Shown here: positions 37,602 to 48,301 of the stretch, one piece after another
How the letters are laid out: each line of letters starts with the position of its first letter
Position numbering within the stretch: position 1 is the stretch's first letter
Source of the DNA: an uncultured Desulfosarcina sp.
GTDB lineage: Bacteria; Desulfobacterota; Desulfobacteria; Desulfobacterales; Desulfosarcinaceae
DNA length: 64,000 nucleotides
Direction: 5' to 3'
NCBI GenBank assembly: GCA_963674945.2
Contig: CAXXWQ010000004.1
Span: 1,920,001-1,984,000 of the forward strand
Made by a program: the position numbers and the translations under genes
The notes under the pieces: model-generated
Database searches by the model: none
Told to the model about the DNA's origin: nothing
The model's input: only the letters and a program-made list of their open reading frames with translations

Positions 37602-40600
37602 TTACATATTCCGCCGGTACTGCCCGCCCACCTCATACAAGGCTCCGGTGATCTGCCCTAAGCTGCAGACCTTGACCGTTTCCATGAGTTCGGCGAAGAT
37701 GTTGCCGCCGGAAAGGGCCACCTTCTGCAGCCGCGCCAACGCATCGGGTGCCCGGCCTTCGTTACGTGACTGAAATGCCGCCAGACGTTCGAGCTGGGAC
37801 TCCTTCTCCTCGGTGGTGGCCCGGGCCAGGTCAATGCAGACCGCTTCTTCCAGAAGGTCGGCGCCATCTGCATGGGGATCCCGGAATGTGTTCACACCGA
37901 CGATGGGATACTCTCCGGAGTGCTTCAGCATCTCGTAGTAAAGAGATTCCTCCTGTATCTTGCTGCGCTGGTAGCCGGTCTCCATGGCCCCCAGCACTCC
38001 GCCCCTGGCGGTAATCCTGTCATACTCCATGAGAACGGCCTCTTCCACCAGGTCGGTGAGTTCCTCTACGATGAAGCTGCCCTGGTAGGGGTTCTCGTTT
38101 TTCGCAAGTCCCCACTCCCGGTTGATGATCAGCTGGATGGCCAGCGCCCGCCGAACGGACTCTTCCGTCGGCGTGGTGATGGCCTCGTCAAAGGCGTTGG
38201 TGTGCAGGCTTTGGGCATTGTCATAAATGGCGCAAAGGGCCTGAAGCGTGGTTCGGATATCGTTGAGCTGGATATCCTGGCTGTGAAGACTGCGCCCGCT
38301 GGTCTGGATGTGGTATTTGAGCATCTGGCTGCGCGCCGACGCACCGTATTTTTCCCGCAGGGCCACGGCCCAGATGCGCCGAGCCACCCGACCGATGACC
38401 GTGTACTCCGGATCCATACCGTTGGAGAAGAAAAACGAGAGGTTGGGGGCGAAACGATCCAGGGGCATTCCCCGGGAAAGGTAGTATTCCAAGTAGGTAA
38501 AGCCGTTGGCCAGGGTGAATGCCAGTTGGCTGATGGGATTGGCGCCCGCCTCTGCGATGTGATAGCCGGAAATGGAGACGGAATAAAAATTGCGCACATT
38601 TTTCTCGATAAAATATTCCTGAATGTCGCCCATCATCTTCAAGGCGAAATCGATGGAGAAAATGCAGGTGTTTTGCCCCTGATCCTCCTTGAGAATGTCC
38701 GCCTGAACGGTTCCGCGCACACTCGAAAGCACCATGGCTTTGATCCGCTCGTATTCTTGTTCGTCGGGCTGCTTGTTTTTTTCGGCCGCATATTTTTCTA
38801 CCTGTTGGTCGATGGCCGTATTGAGAAACATGGCCAGCATGATGGGCGCAGGCCCGTTGATGGTCATGGATACCGAGGTGTTGGGGGCGCACAGTTCGAA
38901 CCCGCCATAGAGTACCTTCACATCGTCCAGGGTACAGACGCTCACACCGGCGTTGCCGATCTTGCCGTAGATATCGGGACGACGGTCAGGGTCGTAACCG
39001 TAGAGGGTGACTGAATCGAAAGCGGTCGACAGACGCTTTGCCTCGCTGTTTTCAGACAAGAGCTTGAATCTTCGGTTGGTACGGGCAGGGTCCCCCTCCC
39101 CGGCAAACATGCGGGTGGGATCTTCGCCCACGCGCTTCAATGGAAACACCCCTGCCGTGTATGGGAAATAGCCGGGAAGGTTCTCCCTGCGCTGCCAGCG
39201 ATAGATCTCTCCGGGATCCGTAAACCGGGGCAGGGAAATCTTTGGTATCTTCTGACGGGAGAGGGATTCGGTGTAAAGGGGAACGCGGATCTCTTTCCCC
39301 CGGACCGTGTACACCAGTTCATCGCCGGAATAGGCGGCGCGGGTCTTCTCCCACGTGTCGACCAGCGTTTGTGTCTCGTCGGCCAGTGCCTTGCGGGACG
39401 ATTCGATTTCATTTTTCAGCCGTTCGAGCAATGCATCCGCATCGCCGGAAAGGCAGGCGACCGCCTCTTCCAAGTGCCAGACCCGACGCACGGCCTCTGC
39501 CTGATGTTCGGTCTCTTTGTGGTAGGATCGCACCGTTTCCGCGATTTCGGCAAGATAGCGGGTGCGCTCCGGCGGAATGATGATGGTCTTGGAAGTGGAA
39601 GTCTTTGTGTCCGGTCGAGACAGACCGGAATGAAATTTTTCGCCGGTCTTGTCGTTGATACCGTCCAGAAACGCATGGTACAGTGCCGTCACCCCGTCAT
39701 CGTTGAATTTGGAGGCGATGGTGCCATAGACCGGCATCGCCTCCACCGGCTGACCGAAGGCCATACGGTTTCGCTGCACCTGTTTTCTCACGTCGCGTAC
39801 AGCGTCCTCGCCCCCCAGTTTTTCGTACTTGTTGACCACCACCAGATCGGCGAAGTCGAGCATGTCGATCTTCTCCAGCTGGGAGGCGGCGCCGAACTCG
39901 CTGGTCATCACGTACATGGACAGGTCCACCAGATCGGTGATGTTCGAGTCCCCCTGGCCGATACCGGCAGTTTCGACGATGATCAGATCGAAACCGGCAG
40001 CCTTGACCACGTCGATCGCCTCTTCCATGGCGTCGGGCAGTTCCGTGTTGGAACGGCGGGTGGCGATGGACCGCATGTAAACCCGGGGACTTCCGATGGC
40101 GTTCATACGGATCCGATCCCCCAGCAGTGCACCACCGGTCTTTCTGCGGGAGGGATCGGCACTGATGATGGCGATATGGATATCCTTGAAGTCGTGCAGG
40201 AGGCGAAGGATCAGTTCGTCGGTGAGCGATGACTTTCCCGCCCCGCCGGTACCGGTGATGCCCACAACCGGCACCCGCCGGTTGCCGATCTTCTCTTTCA
40301 GTTGCTCCCGCAGGTGCACCAGATGACCGTTCTGCCCGGCCTTGGCCTGCTCCACGGCAGTAATCCAACTGGCCACCCGCAACGGGTTGTCGGCAGCCAG
40401 ATCGCCGGTATCCAGATCGGCATCAGGGGGCCGGGGAACATCCATCTGCGCCACCATGTGATTGATGATGCCTTGCAGTCCCATACGGGTGCCATCCTCG
40501 GGCGAGTAAATTTTGGTCACGCCGTAGGATTCCAGTTCCTTGATCTCCTCGGGAACGATGACCCCGCCACCGCCGCCGAATACCCGGACGTGGGACGCGC

Positions 40601-40874
40601 CCTTCTCCTTCAAAAGGTCCACCATGTATTTGAAGTACTCCTGGTGTCCACCCTGGTAGCTGGAAACGGCGATTCCCTGGGCATCCTCTTCGATGGCCGC
40701 GTCGACGATCTCCAGTACTGCACGGTTGTGCCCCAGGTGGATTACTTCCACACCAGTGCTCTGGAGAATTCGCCTGAAAATGTTGATGGAAGCGTCGTGG
40801 CCATCGAACAGGGATGTGGCCGTGACCACGCGAACGTCGTTTTTGGGCCGGTAAACCGACTTGTCATCGTTCAT
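37602..40874 (-). CDS. icmF: Fused isobutyryl-CoA mutase / MeaB-type GTPase
   Basis: B12-binding FDGHDASIN, GTPase GTGGAGKSS...ETAGIGQ...NKYE, mutase barrel with TRMFAGEG, 1090 aa. Confidence 0.95.
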   Translation of the reverse strand: MNDDKSVYRPKNDVRVVTATSLFDGHDASINIFRRILQSTGVEVIHLGHNRAVLEIVDAAIEEDAQGIAVSSYQGGHQEYFKYMVDLLKEKGASHVRVFGGGGGVIVPEEIKELESYGVTKIYSPEDGTRMGLQGIINHMVAQMDVPRPPDADLDTGDLAADNPLRVASWITAVEQAKAGQNGHLVHLREQLKEKIGNRRVPVVGITGTGGAGKSSLTDELILRLLHDFKDIHIAIISADPSRRKTGGALLGDRIRMNAIGSPRVYMRSIATRRSNTELPDAMEEAIDVVKAAGFDLIIVETAGIGQGDSNITDLVDLSMYVMTSEFGAASQLEKIDMLDFADLVVVNKYEKLGGEDAVRDVRKQVQRNRMAFGQPVEAMPVYGTIASKFNDDGVTALYHAFLDGINDKTGEKFHSGLSRPDTKTSTSKTIIIPPERTRYLAEIAETVRSYHKETEHQAEAVRRVWHLEEAVACLSGDADALLERLKNEIESSRKALADETQTLVDTWEKTRAAYSGDELVYTVRGKEIRVPLYTESLSRQKIPKISLPRFTDPGEIYRWQRRENLPGYFPYTAGVFPLKRVGEDPTRMFAGEGDPARTNRRFKLLSENSEAKRLSTAFDSVTLYGYDPDRRPDIYGKIGNAGVSVCTLDDVKVLYGGFELCAPNTSVSMTINGPAPIMLAMFLNTAIDQQVEKYAAEKNKQPDEQEYERIKAMVLSSVRGTVQADILKEDQGQNTCIFSIDFALKMMGDIQEYFIEKNVRNFYSVSISGYHIAEAGANPISQLAFTLANGFTYLEYYLSRGMPLDRFAPNLSFFFSNGMDPEYTVIGRVARRIWAVALREKYGASARSQMLKYHIQTSGRSLHSQDIQLNDIRTTLQALCAIYDNAQSLHTNAFDEAITTPTEESVRRALAIQLIINREWGLAKNENPYQGSFIVEELTDLVEEAVLMEYDRITARGGVLGAMETGYQRSKIQEESLYYEMLKHSGEYPIVGVNTFRDPHADGADLLEEAVCIDLARATTEEKESQLERLAAFQSRNEGRAPDALARLQKVALSGGNIFAELMETVKVCSLGQITGALYEVGGQYRRNM

Positions 40875-41139
40875 GCGTCCTCCTTACGCGAATAGGGGAA
40901 TTTCCCGCCATCATGCCGGTTACGTTTCCTTCGTCCGCGCATTAAACCGTCAACGAACCGGTTTAACAATTGACCGGTGATTGTCATGGGACGAATCAGA
41001 AACGTTGCATGTGTAACTGCTGGCGGTGGTATTATGCCGTGTAAGGTCACAACATTCTTCGTCTTGTTTAAAAAGTCGTGGTATTTTCCTTTATTGCGTC
41101 AGCCGTATTGAATTCATCAGAACGCCACGGAATCCCATC

Positions 41140-42294
41140 TTATTTCAGTTTTCCGATAAGCGCACTGGCGATGGTGTTTTTCTGAATCTCCTTGGTCCCC
41201 TCGTAAATCTCGGTAATCTTGGCATCCCGATAGAAGCGCTCCACCTCGTATTCCGTCATGTAGCCATATCCACCCAAAAGCTGAATGGCTTCATCGGCCA
41301 CCTCCACCGCGGTGCGCGCTGCGAACATCTTGGCCATGCTGGTGAGCTTGGGATCGATGCGGCCCTGGTCGAAGTTCCAGGCAGCTTTATAGGTAATCAG
41401 CCGGGCCAGTTCGATCTTGGTGGCCATGTCGGCCAGTTTGTGCTGGGTAACCTGAAACTGGGCAATTTTCTTGCCGAACTGCTCCCGCTGTTTCACATAG
41501 GCCAGGGCCCGGTCGTAGGCTCCCTGAGCCGTACCCAGGGCCTGGGCCGCCACCTGGATGCGGCTTTCATCGAAAAAGTGAAGCACATGGTAAAATCCCT
41601 TGTTCTCCTCGCCGATGAGGTTTTCCAGGGGAACGCGTACCTCTTTAAAGGTCACTTCGGCGGTGGCCATCATACGGATGCCCATCTTCGCGCCTACGTC
41701 TGCGGTGGAAACACCTTCCCGATCGGCTTCCACCAGAATCAGACTCTGGCCCCGATAACTGGGTTTGGCATCGGGGTCGGTCTGGCAAAGAACGTTGTAG
41801 AATCCGGCCAGTCCGCCGTTGGTGATAAAGGTCTTGCCCCCGCTGACCACCCAATGGTCCCCATCCTTTTCGGCGGTGGTGTTCATGAAGGTGATATCCG
41901 AACCATGATCCGGCTCGGTAAAGGCGCCGGCTGAAAGCATCTCTCCTTCGGCGACGGCAGGCAGATACTTCTCTTTCTGCGCATCGGTGCCGTAGTGCAG
42001 GATGAGTTCCGAGGCAAAGGGGGCCAGGGCAACGGCACCGCCCATGGTGGAATCGCCCCGGCACAACTCCTCGATGACGAGAATGTCCTCCAGCGACCCC
42101 AATCCCTGGCCGGAATATTCTTCCGGAAAATGAACCCCGATCAGTCCGAGGTCACAGGCTTTTTTCCAGATTTTCCTTGGAAATTCATGCTTTTTTTCCA
42201 ATTCCAGGATGAGTTCCTTGTCGAACTCTCCCTTGACGAAATCCCGAACCGCTTTTTGGATGTCCTTTTGTGTCTTGTTTAATTCAAATTCCAT
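41140..42294 (-). CDS. Acyl-CoA dehydrogenase
   Basis: AFTEPDHGSD, KTFITNG, REQFG, QLLGGYG, IYEGTKEIQK. Confidence 0.95.
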   Translation of the reverse strand: MEFELNKTQKDIQKAVRDFVKGEFDKELILELEKKHEFPRKIWKKACDLGLIGVHFPEEYSGQGLGSLEDILVIEELCRGDSTMGGAVALAPFASELILHYGTDAQKEKYLPAVAEGEMLSAGAFTEPDHGSDITFMNTTAEKDGDHWVVSGGKTFITNGGLAGFYNVLCQTDPDAKPSYRGQSLILVEADREGVSTADVGAKMGIRMMATAEVTFKEVRVPLENLIGEENKGFYHVLHFFDESRIQVAAQALGTAQGAYDRALAYVKQREQFGKKIAQFQVTQHKLADMATKIELARLITYKAAWNFDQGRIDPKLTSMAKMFAARTAVEVADEAIQLLGGYGYMTEYEVERFYRDAKITEIYEGTKEIQKNTIASALIGKLK

Positions 42295-42363
42295 TGGATG
42301 CCTCCTGAAGAACAGATGATGGTGTTGCTTTAACGTCTATAAAATTGAAACGCTTGGTTTGTT

Positions 42364-42508
42364 CAGTGCGCATCCAGAAATAGGCAAATTTGGTCGAGAT
42401 CGAGGCGCACGAAAAATTTTAACGGAGGTATATGGTTGATATTCCGAGGATAAAATTTTTCGCGCAACAAAGATATCGGGCAAATTCGCCATTTCTGGAG
42501 GCGCACTG
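42364..42508. mobile_element. MITE-like repeat, family A, copy 3
   Basis: CAGTGCGCATCCAGAAAT/ATTTCTGGAGGCGCACTG ends, reverse complement of 12167-12303, directly abutting the TetR stop codon. Confidence 0.85.
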
Positions 42509-43159
42509 CTATTTCGATGCATTTTCTCTACACATCCCTATGATACATTTGGTCTGAAAATCAATGTAGTCGTCGATTTCGTATTGGTTGGCCAGAAACC
42601 AGCGACGAAACGTCCACATGTGGCCGAGTACCGAAATGTTGTGTGCCACGAGGTCCAATCGTCGCGCAGAAATTGGGGGAAGTTTACCTGCGGCCACGAG
42701 GTCGGCCAACACTTCGGTAAAAATACCGGTAATCCGGATTTCGTTTTCCAAGATCACCCGCTGCCACTTGCTGGGGAGGCTCTGGGTTTCCTGATAGACG
42801 AGCAGAATGAGGTCGTTCATGCGATGGCAGACCTTGAAATACTCCCGGATCACTTCCACCAGGGGATTCCTCCCCTCCTTTGCCCGTGCCAGAGCCTGTG
42901 CCACCCCTTTTTCGATGTCCGCGTGGATGGCGTCACACACCAGGTAGAGCACGTCCTCCTTGGTGGCGATGTACTCGTAGAGGCTTCCGATGGAGATGCC
43001 GGCTGCCCGGGCGATCTGCCGGGTGGTCGTTTTGTGAAAACCGTTTTCGATAAACAGTTTTACCGCCGCATCCACGATCTGTTGTCGACGTTGCTGCACC
43101 AGGGCCTGATTCTTCACCAGCGTCGGCACTTCTTTGATCTTATCGGTCCGCTGATCCAT
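42509..43159 (-). CDS. TetR-family transcriptional regulator
   Basis: RRQQIVDAAVKLFIENGFHKTTTRQIARAAGISIGSLYEYIATKEDVL HTH. Confidence 0.93.
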   Translation of the reverse strand: MDQRTDKIKEVPTLVKNQALVQQRRQQIVDAAVKLFIENGFHKTTTRQIARAAGISIGSLYEYIATKEDVLYLVCDAIHADIEKGVAQALARAKEGRNPLVEVIREYFKVCHRMNDLILLVYQETQSLPSKWQRVILENEIRITGIFTEVLADLVAAGKLPPISARRLDLVAHNISVLGHMWTFRRWFLANQYEIDDYIDFQTKCIIGMCRENASK

Positions 43160-43195
43160 GGGCAAGGCCAAGTTTGGGATGAAGATGGAAATTCC

Positions 43196-43249
43196 GAACG
43201 AACGCTCAGTCACTTGGCCAGAATGTACCCATATGATCGGGAATGTCAA
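43196..43249 (-). promoter_or_regulatory. Candidate sigma70 promoter and TetR operator
   Basis: Minus strand TTGACA-N16-TACATT, followed by the imperfect palindrome GACTGAGCGTTCGTTC. Confidence 0.5.
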
Positions 43250-43378
43250 GGGCAAAACGGAACGAGGCCACGTCCCATTTGTATATGGCGATGATCACGA
43301 TTAGATGGAAACGGAACTTTCGGGAACCACCCAGAAAACGCGAACAGGATGGATTCCGAAAATTGATTGGAACATGTT

Positions 43379-43957
43379 CTACGGTTCAGCACAGTACAGC
43401 GGTAATTGACCCGCTTCAAGGCGGCGGATGTTTTCCACCACCGCTTCCACGATACCCTGCATGGAAAGATCGGTCGAACCCCCTCAAACGGCGGATCAAC
43501 GCCCGGCCAATCCCCCCCAGCCCCACGAGGCCGGCGGTTCGACCGCTCAGGGCCTTCCCCTGGGGCTGGCCCATCTTTCCCGCGCGCAGGCATTGGGCCA
43601 TCCCCATCACATCTCTCGACAACCCGAGCAGCAAATAGATGCCCAGCTCCGCCACCGAGTCGGCGTTTCCCGAGACATCGGTGGGGACATTGGCCACATG
43701 GATGTTTTTTCCGCTGCGGCGGCGATATCGACGCCTTCCAGGCCGGACCCGCACTGTTGAATCAGTCTCAACCGGTCTGCGTCCCGTAACATATCACGGG
43801 TAATGGGACACATGGTGGGAATGAGCACATCCACGCCGGTGAGCGAGTCGACGGAAAAGCCGCCGGTGGCGACAAACCGGTGTTCCGGTAGTTGATTCTG
43901 AACGATTTGTAAAAATCCCCCCCAGGCATTTTCGGGTGCGGCAAATAGTATCTTCAT
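43379..43957 (-). pseudogene. D-isomer-specific 2-hydroxyacid dehydrogenase pseudogene
   Basis: Three pieces in different frames: MKILFAAPEN...GLEGVDIAAA; KNIHVANVP...GLVGLGGIG...GFD; TDLSMQGIVEAVVENIRRLEAG...EP*. Frameshift in an A6 run near 43705-43710 and a large internal deletion near 43473. Confidence 0.88.
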
Positions 43958-44158
43958 CGTATCACTTATGTAAAAAGGACGGCAAAATTCGATACCCCTT
44001 CGGTTTCAGGATGGTCGTCTTGAATTGTCGCCGTATAAGAGGTATTGTCCTTTTCCCGTTTGATGTCCGTTTATCATAAACCAAGGATGCCCCCATTTTC
44101 AACATCGGCATCCGCTTCTTGGAAGGGAAACGCCCGGCGATTCCAAGACAAGGAAAAA

Positions 44159-45679
44159 ATGGTATCCCCCACACCGCTTTCCGCCAGACGAAAGGCGTCG
44201 ATCATCCTGGCAACGCTTTTGGCCTTGTTCCTGGCCGCCCTGGACACCCTGATCATGAGTGCGGCCATGCCCACCATCGTCGGCGACTTGGGAGGACTGC
44301 ACCTATACAGCTGGGTCTTTTCCACCTATATGCTCAGCCGTGCCGTCAGTCTTCCGGTTTTCGGCAAATTGGCCGACCTTTTCCCCACCCGGACCCTTTA
44401 TCTCATCTCCATTTTCGTTTTTCTTATCGGTTCCATTTTGGCAGGCATGGCACAGAGCATGGTTGCCCTTACCCTCTTTCGTGCCATACAGGGCATTGGT
44501 GCAGGCGGTAATTTCGCCCTGGCCTACATCGTCCTGGCGGATATCTCCGCTCCGGGGCAGCGCGGAAAAATGATGTCCTATGCCAGCTTCGTCTGGGGAC
44601 TGGCCAGTGTCATGGGACCCTCTTTGGGCGGCTTTATCGTGAGTTGGATCTCATGGCGATGGATCTTTTACATCAACGTTCCCGTAGGTATCGTCTCCTT
44701 GGCCGGCATCTGGTTTTTTTTGACGGAAACAAGAGAAAAAAGAAGTGTCGTCGAGATCGACTACGCCGGCATCATCACCCTGGTGGCAGCCATCCTCGCG
44801 CTGCTTACCGCCTTTTTGCTTGGCGGCCGGGAATATGGGTGGACATCCCCGCAGATCCTGGGCCTGTTCGCCCTTTTCGGCATCAGCGTCGCAGGCTTCC
44901 ATATGGCGGAAAAACGAAGCCGGGAACCGGTTCTTCGCTTCGCGTTGTTTCGGATAGGAGGATTTTCAACGGGCAACGGCCTGGCCTTTTTCGCAAGTAT
45001 TGCCATTTTTTCCCTCTCTGCCTTCAGCCCCCTGTTCATCCAGGGGGCGCTCGGCCAATCGCCCTTTCAACTGGGGTTGGTCATGGTGTCCCTCAGTTTC
45101 GGTTGGTCGGCCGGTGCCCTGGTTTGCGGCCGGCAATCCAACCGATGGGGTGAAAAGCCCTTTGCCCTGGTGGGTGCCTTCGTGTTGATTGCCGGCTGCC
45201 TGATGGCCGTGCGATTTTCATCGTCCACCGGCTTGTGGACCTGTGCCGCGGCGCTGGGCCTGGCCGGGGTGGGGATGGGATTCACCTCCATTTCCACCTT
45301 GCTCATCGTCCAAAATGCAGCCCCGGAAGCGGACCTGGGTGTCGCCACGTCGTCCCACCAGTTTACCCGAACCCTGGGGGGAACCGTGGGCATCGGCATC
45401 TGCGGCAGCCTGGTCACCGCCAGGTTCGCCCGAACCCCCGAGGTGATGAGTGGCTCGAATCTGCAGGGTCAGGTTCCCAAACCGATCATGGATTTGATAA
45501 AGACCAACTTCGAAAATTTTTTTCGCCCGGATGTTCAGCAGCAATTGGGTTTCGAAGTAAAAAACCTCTTACATCAGGCCATCGGTCATTGTGTCATCGA
45601 CGTTTTCTGGCTGGCCCTGGTTGCGGCATTGATTTGCCTGGGATTCGGCCTGTTCTTGCCGGGTGTCAGGCGCAAGTAA
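44159..45679 (+). CDS. MFS drug:H+ antiporter (DHA2, EmrB/QacA type)
   Basis: LAALDTLIMSAAMPTI, GKLADLF, RAIQGIGAG, GPSLGG, WRWIFYINVP, about 14 TM. Confidence 0.93.
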   Translation: MVSPTPLSARRKASIILATLLALFLAALDTLIMSAAMPTIVGDLGGLHLYSWVFSTYMLSRAVSLPVFGKLADLFPTRTLYLISIFVFLIGSILAGMAQSMVALTLFRAIQGIGAGGNFALAYIVLADISAPGQRGKMMSYASFVWGLASVMGPSLGGFIVSWISWRWIFYINVPVGIVSLAGIWFFLTETREKRSVVEIDYAGIITLVAAILALLTAFLLGGREYGWTSPQILGLFALFGISVAGFHMAEKRSREPVLRFALFRIGGFSTGNGLAFFASIAIFSLSAFSPLFIQGALGQSPFQLGLVMVSLSFGWSAGALVCGRQSNRWGEKPFALVGAFVLIAGCLMAVRFSSSTGLWTCAAALGLAGVGMGFTSISTLLIVQNAAPEADLGVATSSHQFTRTLGGTVGIGICGSLVTARFARTPEVMSGSNLQGQVPKPIMDLIKTNFENFFRPDVQQQLGFEVKNLLHQAIGHCVIDVFWLALVAALICLGFGLFLPGVRRK

Positions 45680-45747
45680 GAATAATGAACGCTGCCTGAT
45701 CCAAAGGGACCAGGTAATCAACACCCTGCATGGCGTATGGGATCATC

Positions 45748-46200
45748 TTACGCCGTAAGCCTTGAACGAACGAGAAGAAGTGGTCGATCTATCTTATTGA
45801 GCACGCCCACCGCCACACTGCCGTAAAAAGACCTCGCATCGCCGCTTTGGCCGTGACTCGACATGGCCACCAGATCCGCCTCTTCCCGCATTGCGGTCTC
45901 GACGATGCAATTTACCACCGGCCCTTGTCCAATGCGTACGTGTGCACGAACACCCCGCGTCCGCCATTTGTCGATGACGGTCTGCAGATAGACTTCCATA
46001 TTCTCTCGGTGCTCTTTTTGCTTTTTAAGATAAGTGCCCAAATCGATCACTTCGTCTCTTTCCAGAAACAGGTTGTACTTATCGTCCACCATGAGCAAGA
46101 TGACATCGGCATCGTACCGGGCAGCCAGATTCTCAACATGGGGCAAAATGGTTTCGGCCCGCGCGGAGCCGTCCAATGGGACAAGAATTTTTTGATACAT
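45748..46200 (-). CDS. Universal stress protein
   Basis: KILVPLDGS, DLVAMSSHG...GSVA. Confidence 0.92.
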   Translation of the reverse strand: MYQKILVPLDGSARAETILPHVENLAARYDADVILLMVDDKYNLFLERDEVIDLGTYLKKQKEHRENMEVYLQTVIDKWRTRGVRAHVRIGQGPVVNCIVETAMREEADLVAMSSHGQSGDARSFYGSVAVGVLNKIDRPLLLVRSRLTA

Positions 46201-46245
46201 GGAATCTCTCCTTTCGAAAATAAAATGATCGATCAGCCAGCGCGG

Positions 46246-47523
46246 TTACAAATGAAGCGCGTGGCATGAACACGAAATACACGGATCAAAGCAACGGACC
46301 AGTTGTTCGCATTGCCAGACCAATCGATCCGGCGTCAGATCCGGAAATTGGTTGCCAAACGCCTTTAGATCCATTTCCATCCTCCTCAGGTTTTGAGATG
46401 TGGGCGGAACGATTCGAGCATCCAGTATGTTTCCAAAGGCGTCCATCCGATACTTGTGCCAGCACACCCCCCTGGGTGCCTCCACACACCCGTATCCTGT
46501 CGCGGCACAAGGGGAGATCAAAGCCGAGGAAGGTTTCACAGGGGCATACCGATCCATCAAGAGAAGTATTCGCTCGCAGGCATGCACCATTTCCACACTT
46601 CGGATGACGATGCTCTTGAAGGGATTCGTACAGGGCGGTTTCAGGTCAATTTCCGATGCCACCTGGCGGGCACCGGATGACAATTGGGGAAAATTGAGGT
46701 TGAACCGTGCCATGGGCCCCACCAGGTAAGCGCCGTGTTCCCGGTTAAGACCGTGGAGAGCGGTGGAATAACTTACCTGTTCCGCTGTCACGAAGGTCTC
46801 GAAATCATCGGCGGCCAGGTTTTCACCGGTACTCGCCACGAACCGCCCGGACATAATGGCATATTGCTCCGGATCATGAAGGGCCAAAAAGACATAATCC
46901 TGTTCGAATTCCGGAAACGTGAGCCCGGCGGTCCAACGGACGGTCTCCATGGCCGCCTCGCGGGCCCATGTGAGATCCTGTTTGAGCGAAGCGATTGCGG
47001 AAGATGGCGGCATTTTGAAAAATTCACCAATACGCAGGTTGACCGGATGAACTTCGCGGCCGCCGATAAGCCTGACGATATCGTTCCCCACTTGCTTGAG
47101 ACGAAGGCCTCTTTTGACAATATCGGGATAACGGCGGGAAAGTGCGATCACGTCGGGGCAATCGAAAAAGTCCGGTGCATGCAAAAGGTGGATGTGGAGA
47201 CTATGGCTGGCAATCCATTCACCGAGAAACATCAGCTCTCGCAAAAACGCCACCTCGGGAGGAATGGACAGGCCCAAAGCCGTTTCCATGGCCTGCGTGG
47301 CGGCCAACATGTGTGCCAGCGGACAAATTCCGCAGATACGGGCGGTCATATCCGGAACCTCGGCAAAATGCCGCCCCCGGAGAAACGCCTCGAACAGTCG
47401 CGGCGGTTCGAAGACATCGAACTTCGCCTCACATACCTTCCCATCCTTGAACTTGATGGAGAAGCCACCGTCTCCTTCCACGCGGGCCAGATGCGTTACC
47501 TTGAACGTTCCAGTTGCGTTCAT
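46246..47523 (-). CDS. hydA: Group 3b NiFe hydrogenase large (alpha) subunit
   Basis: ARVEG, L1 RICGICP, EAPRG, L2 DPCISCSCH followed by a 4-aa extension. Confidence 0.92.
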   Translation of the reverse strand: MNATGTFKVTHLARVEGDGGFSIKFKDGKVCEAKFDVFEPPRLFEAFLRGRHFAEVPDMTARICGICPLAHMLAATQAMETALGLSIPPEVAFLRELMFLGEWIASHSLHIHLLHAPDFFDCPDVIALSRRYPDIVKRGLRLKQVGNDIVRLIGGREVHPVNLRIGEFFKMPPSSAIASLKQDLTWAREAAMETVRWTAGLTFPEFEQDYVFLALHDPEQYAIMSGRFVASTGENLAADDFETFVTAEQVSYSTALHGLNREHGAYLVGPMARFNLNFPQLSSGARQVASEIDLKPPCTNPFKSIVIRSVEMVHACERILLLMDRYAPVKPSSALISPCAATGYGCVEAPRGVCWHKYRMDAFGNILDARIVPPTSQNLRRMEMDLKAFGNQFPDLTPDRLVWQCEQLVRCFDPCISCSCHALHL

Positions 47524-48296
47524 GACCGCTCACTTTCCCGACGATAAGGGATCGGCCAAAAATTGATTCCTTGAAATGCCCGGTGAAATTCATCGGCCGG
47601 TACCGCCAGCCGTTGACACCAGACTTTCTCTAACGCCTGAACATTGTTGGTATCGCAGGGACCGAAACAGCCGTAGCAGCCTCGGCCCATAGCGGGACAG
47701 AGGGCGCCGCATCCGGCCTGGGTTACCGGTCCCATGCAGGGAATCCTGCGGGTCACGGTAACGCATATATATCCCATGCGCTTGCACTCCCCACACAAAC
47801 TGTGGGTGGGCAGATAGGGTTTTCGGCCATGGCGATGGGCGGCAATCACTTCGATCAATTGTTCGGGGTTGATGGGACAACCGCGCAGTTCGAAATCCAC
47901 GTGGATATGATGGGACAGGGGTGTCGATTGATCACAAATGTCAATGGCCGACGGGTTTGGGTAGACCAATTGCTTCCACTTACCGGTATCATGGCAATTT
48001 CGTAACGCCTGTATGCCGCCGCCGGTTGCACAGGCACCCAGAGCGACGACGACCCGGGATCGCCGGCGAATCTCTTGGATCAATTGCTCATCCTGGGGCG
48101 TAGAGATGGATCCTTCCACCAAAGAGATGTCGTAAGGCCCTTGGGCCGTATCCCTGAAACCTTGGGGGAACCGGGCAAAGTCAATCTCCTCGGCAATGGC
48201 CAACAACCGGTCCTCCAGATTGAGCAGGCGAAGCTGGCAGCCGTCGCACGAAGCGAATTTCCAGACGGCCATCTTTGGCTTTTTGGTTTGTCCCAT
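47520..48296 (-). CDS. hydD: Group 3b NiFe hydrogenase small (delta) subunit
   Basis: KFASCDGCQ, VEGS, GACA, GCP, C-terminal Cys cluster. Confidence 0.9.
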   Translation of the reverse strand: MGQTKKPKMAVWKFASCDGCQLRLLNLEDRLLAIAEEIDFARFPQGFRDTAQGPYDISLVEGSISTPQDEQLIQEIRRRSRVVVALGACATGGGIQALRNCHDTGKWKQLVYPNPSAIDICDQSTPLSHHIHVDFELRGCPINPEQLIEVIAAHRHGRKPYLPTHSLCGECKRMGYICVTVTRRIPCMGPVTQAGCGALCPAMGRGCYGCFGPCDTNNVQALEKVWCQRLAVPADEFHRAFQGINFWPIPYRRESERS

Positions 48297-48301
48297 GAAG
48301 T

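Noticed and set aside
40875..41139. Possible cobalamin riboswitch upstream of icmF
   Set aside because: No B12-box or other conserved core elements found on the minus strand.
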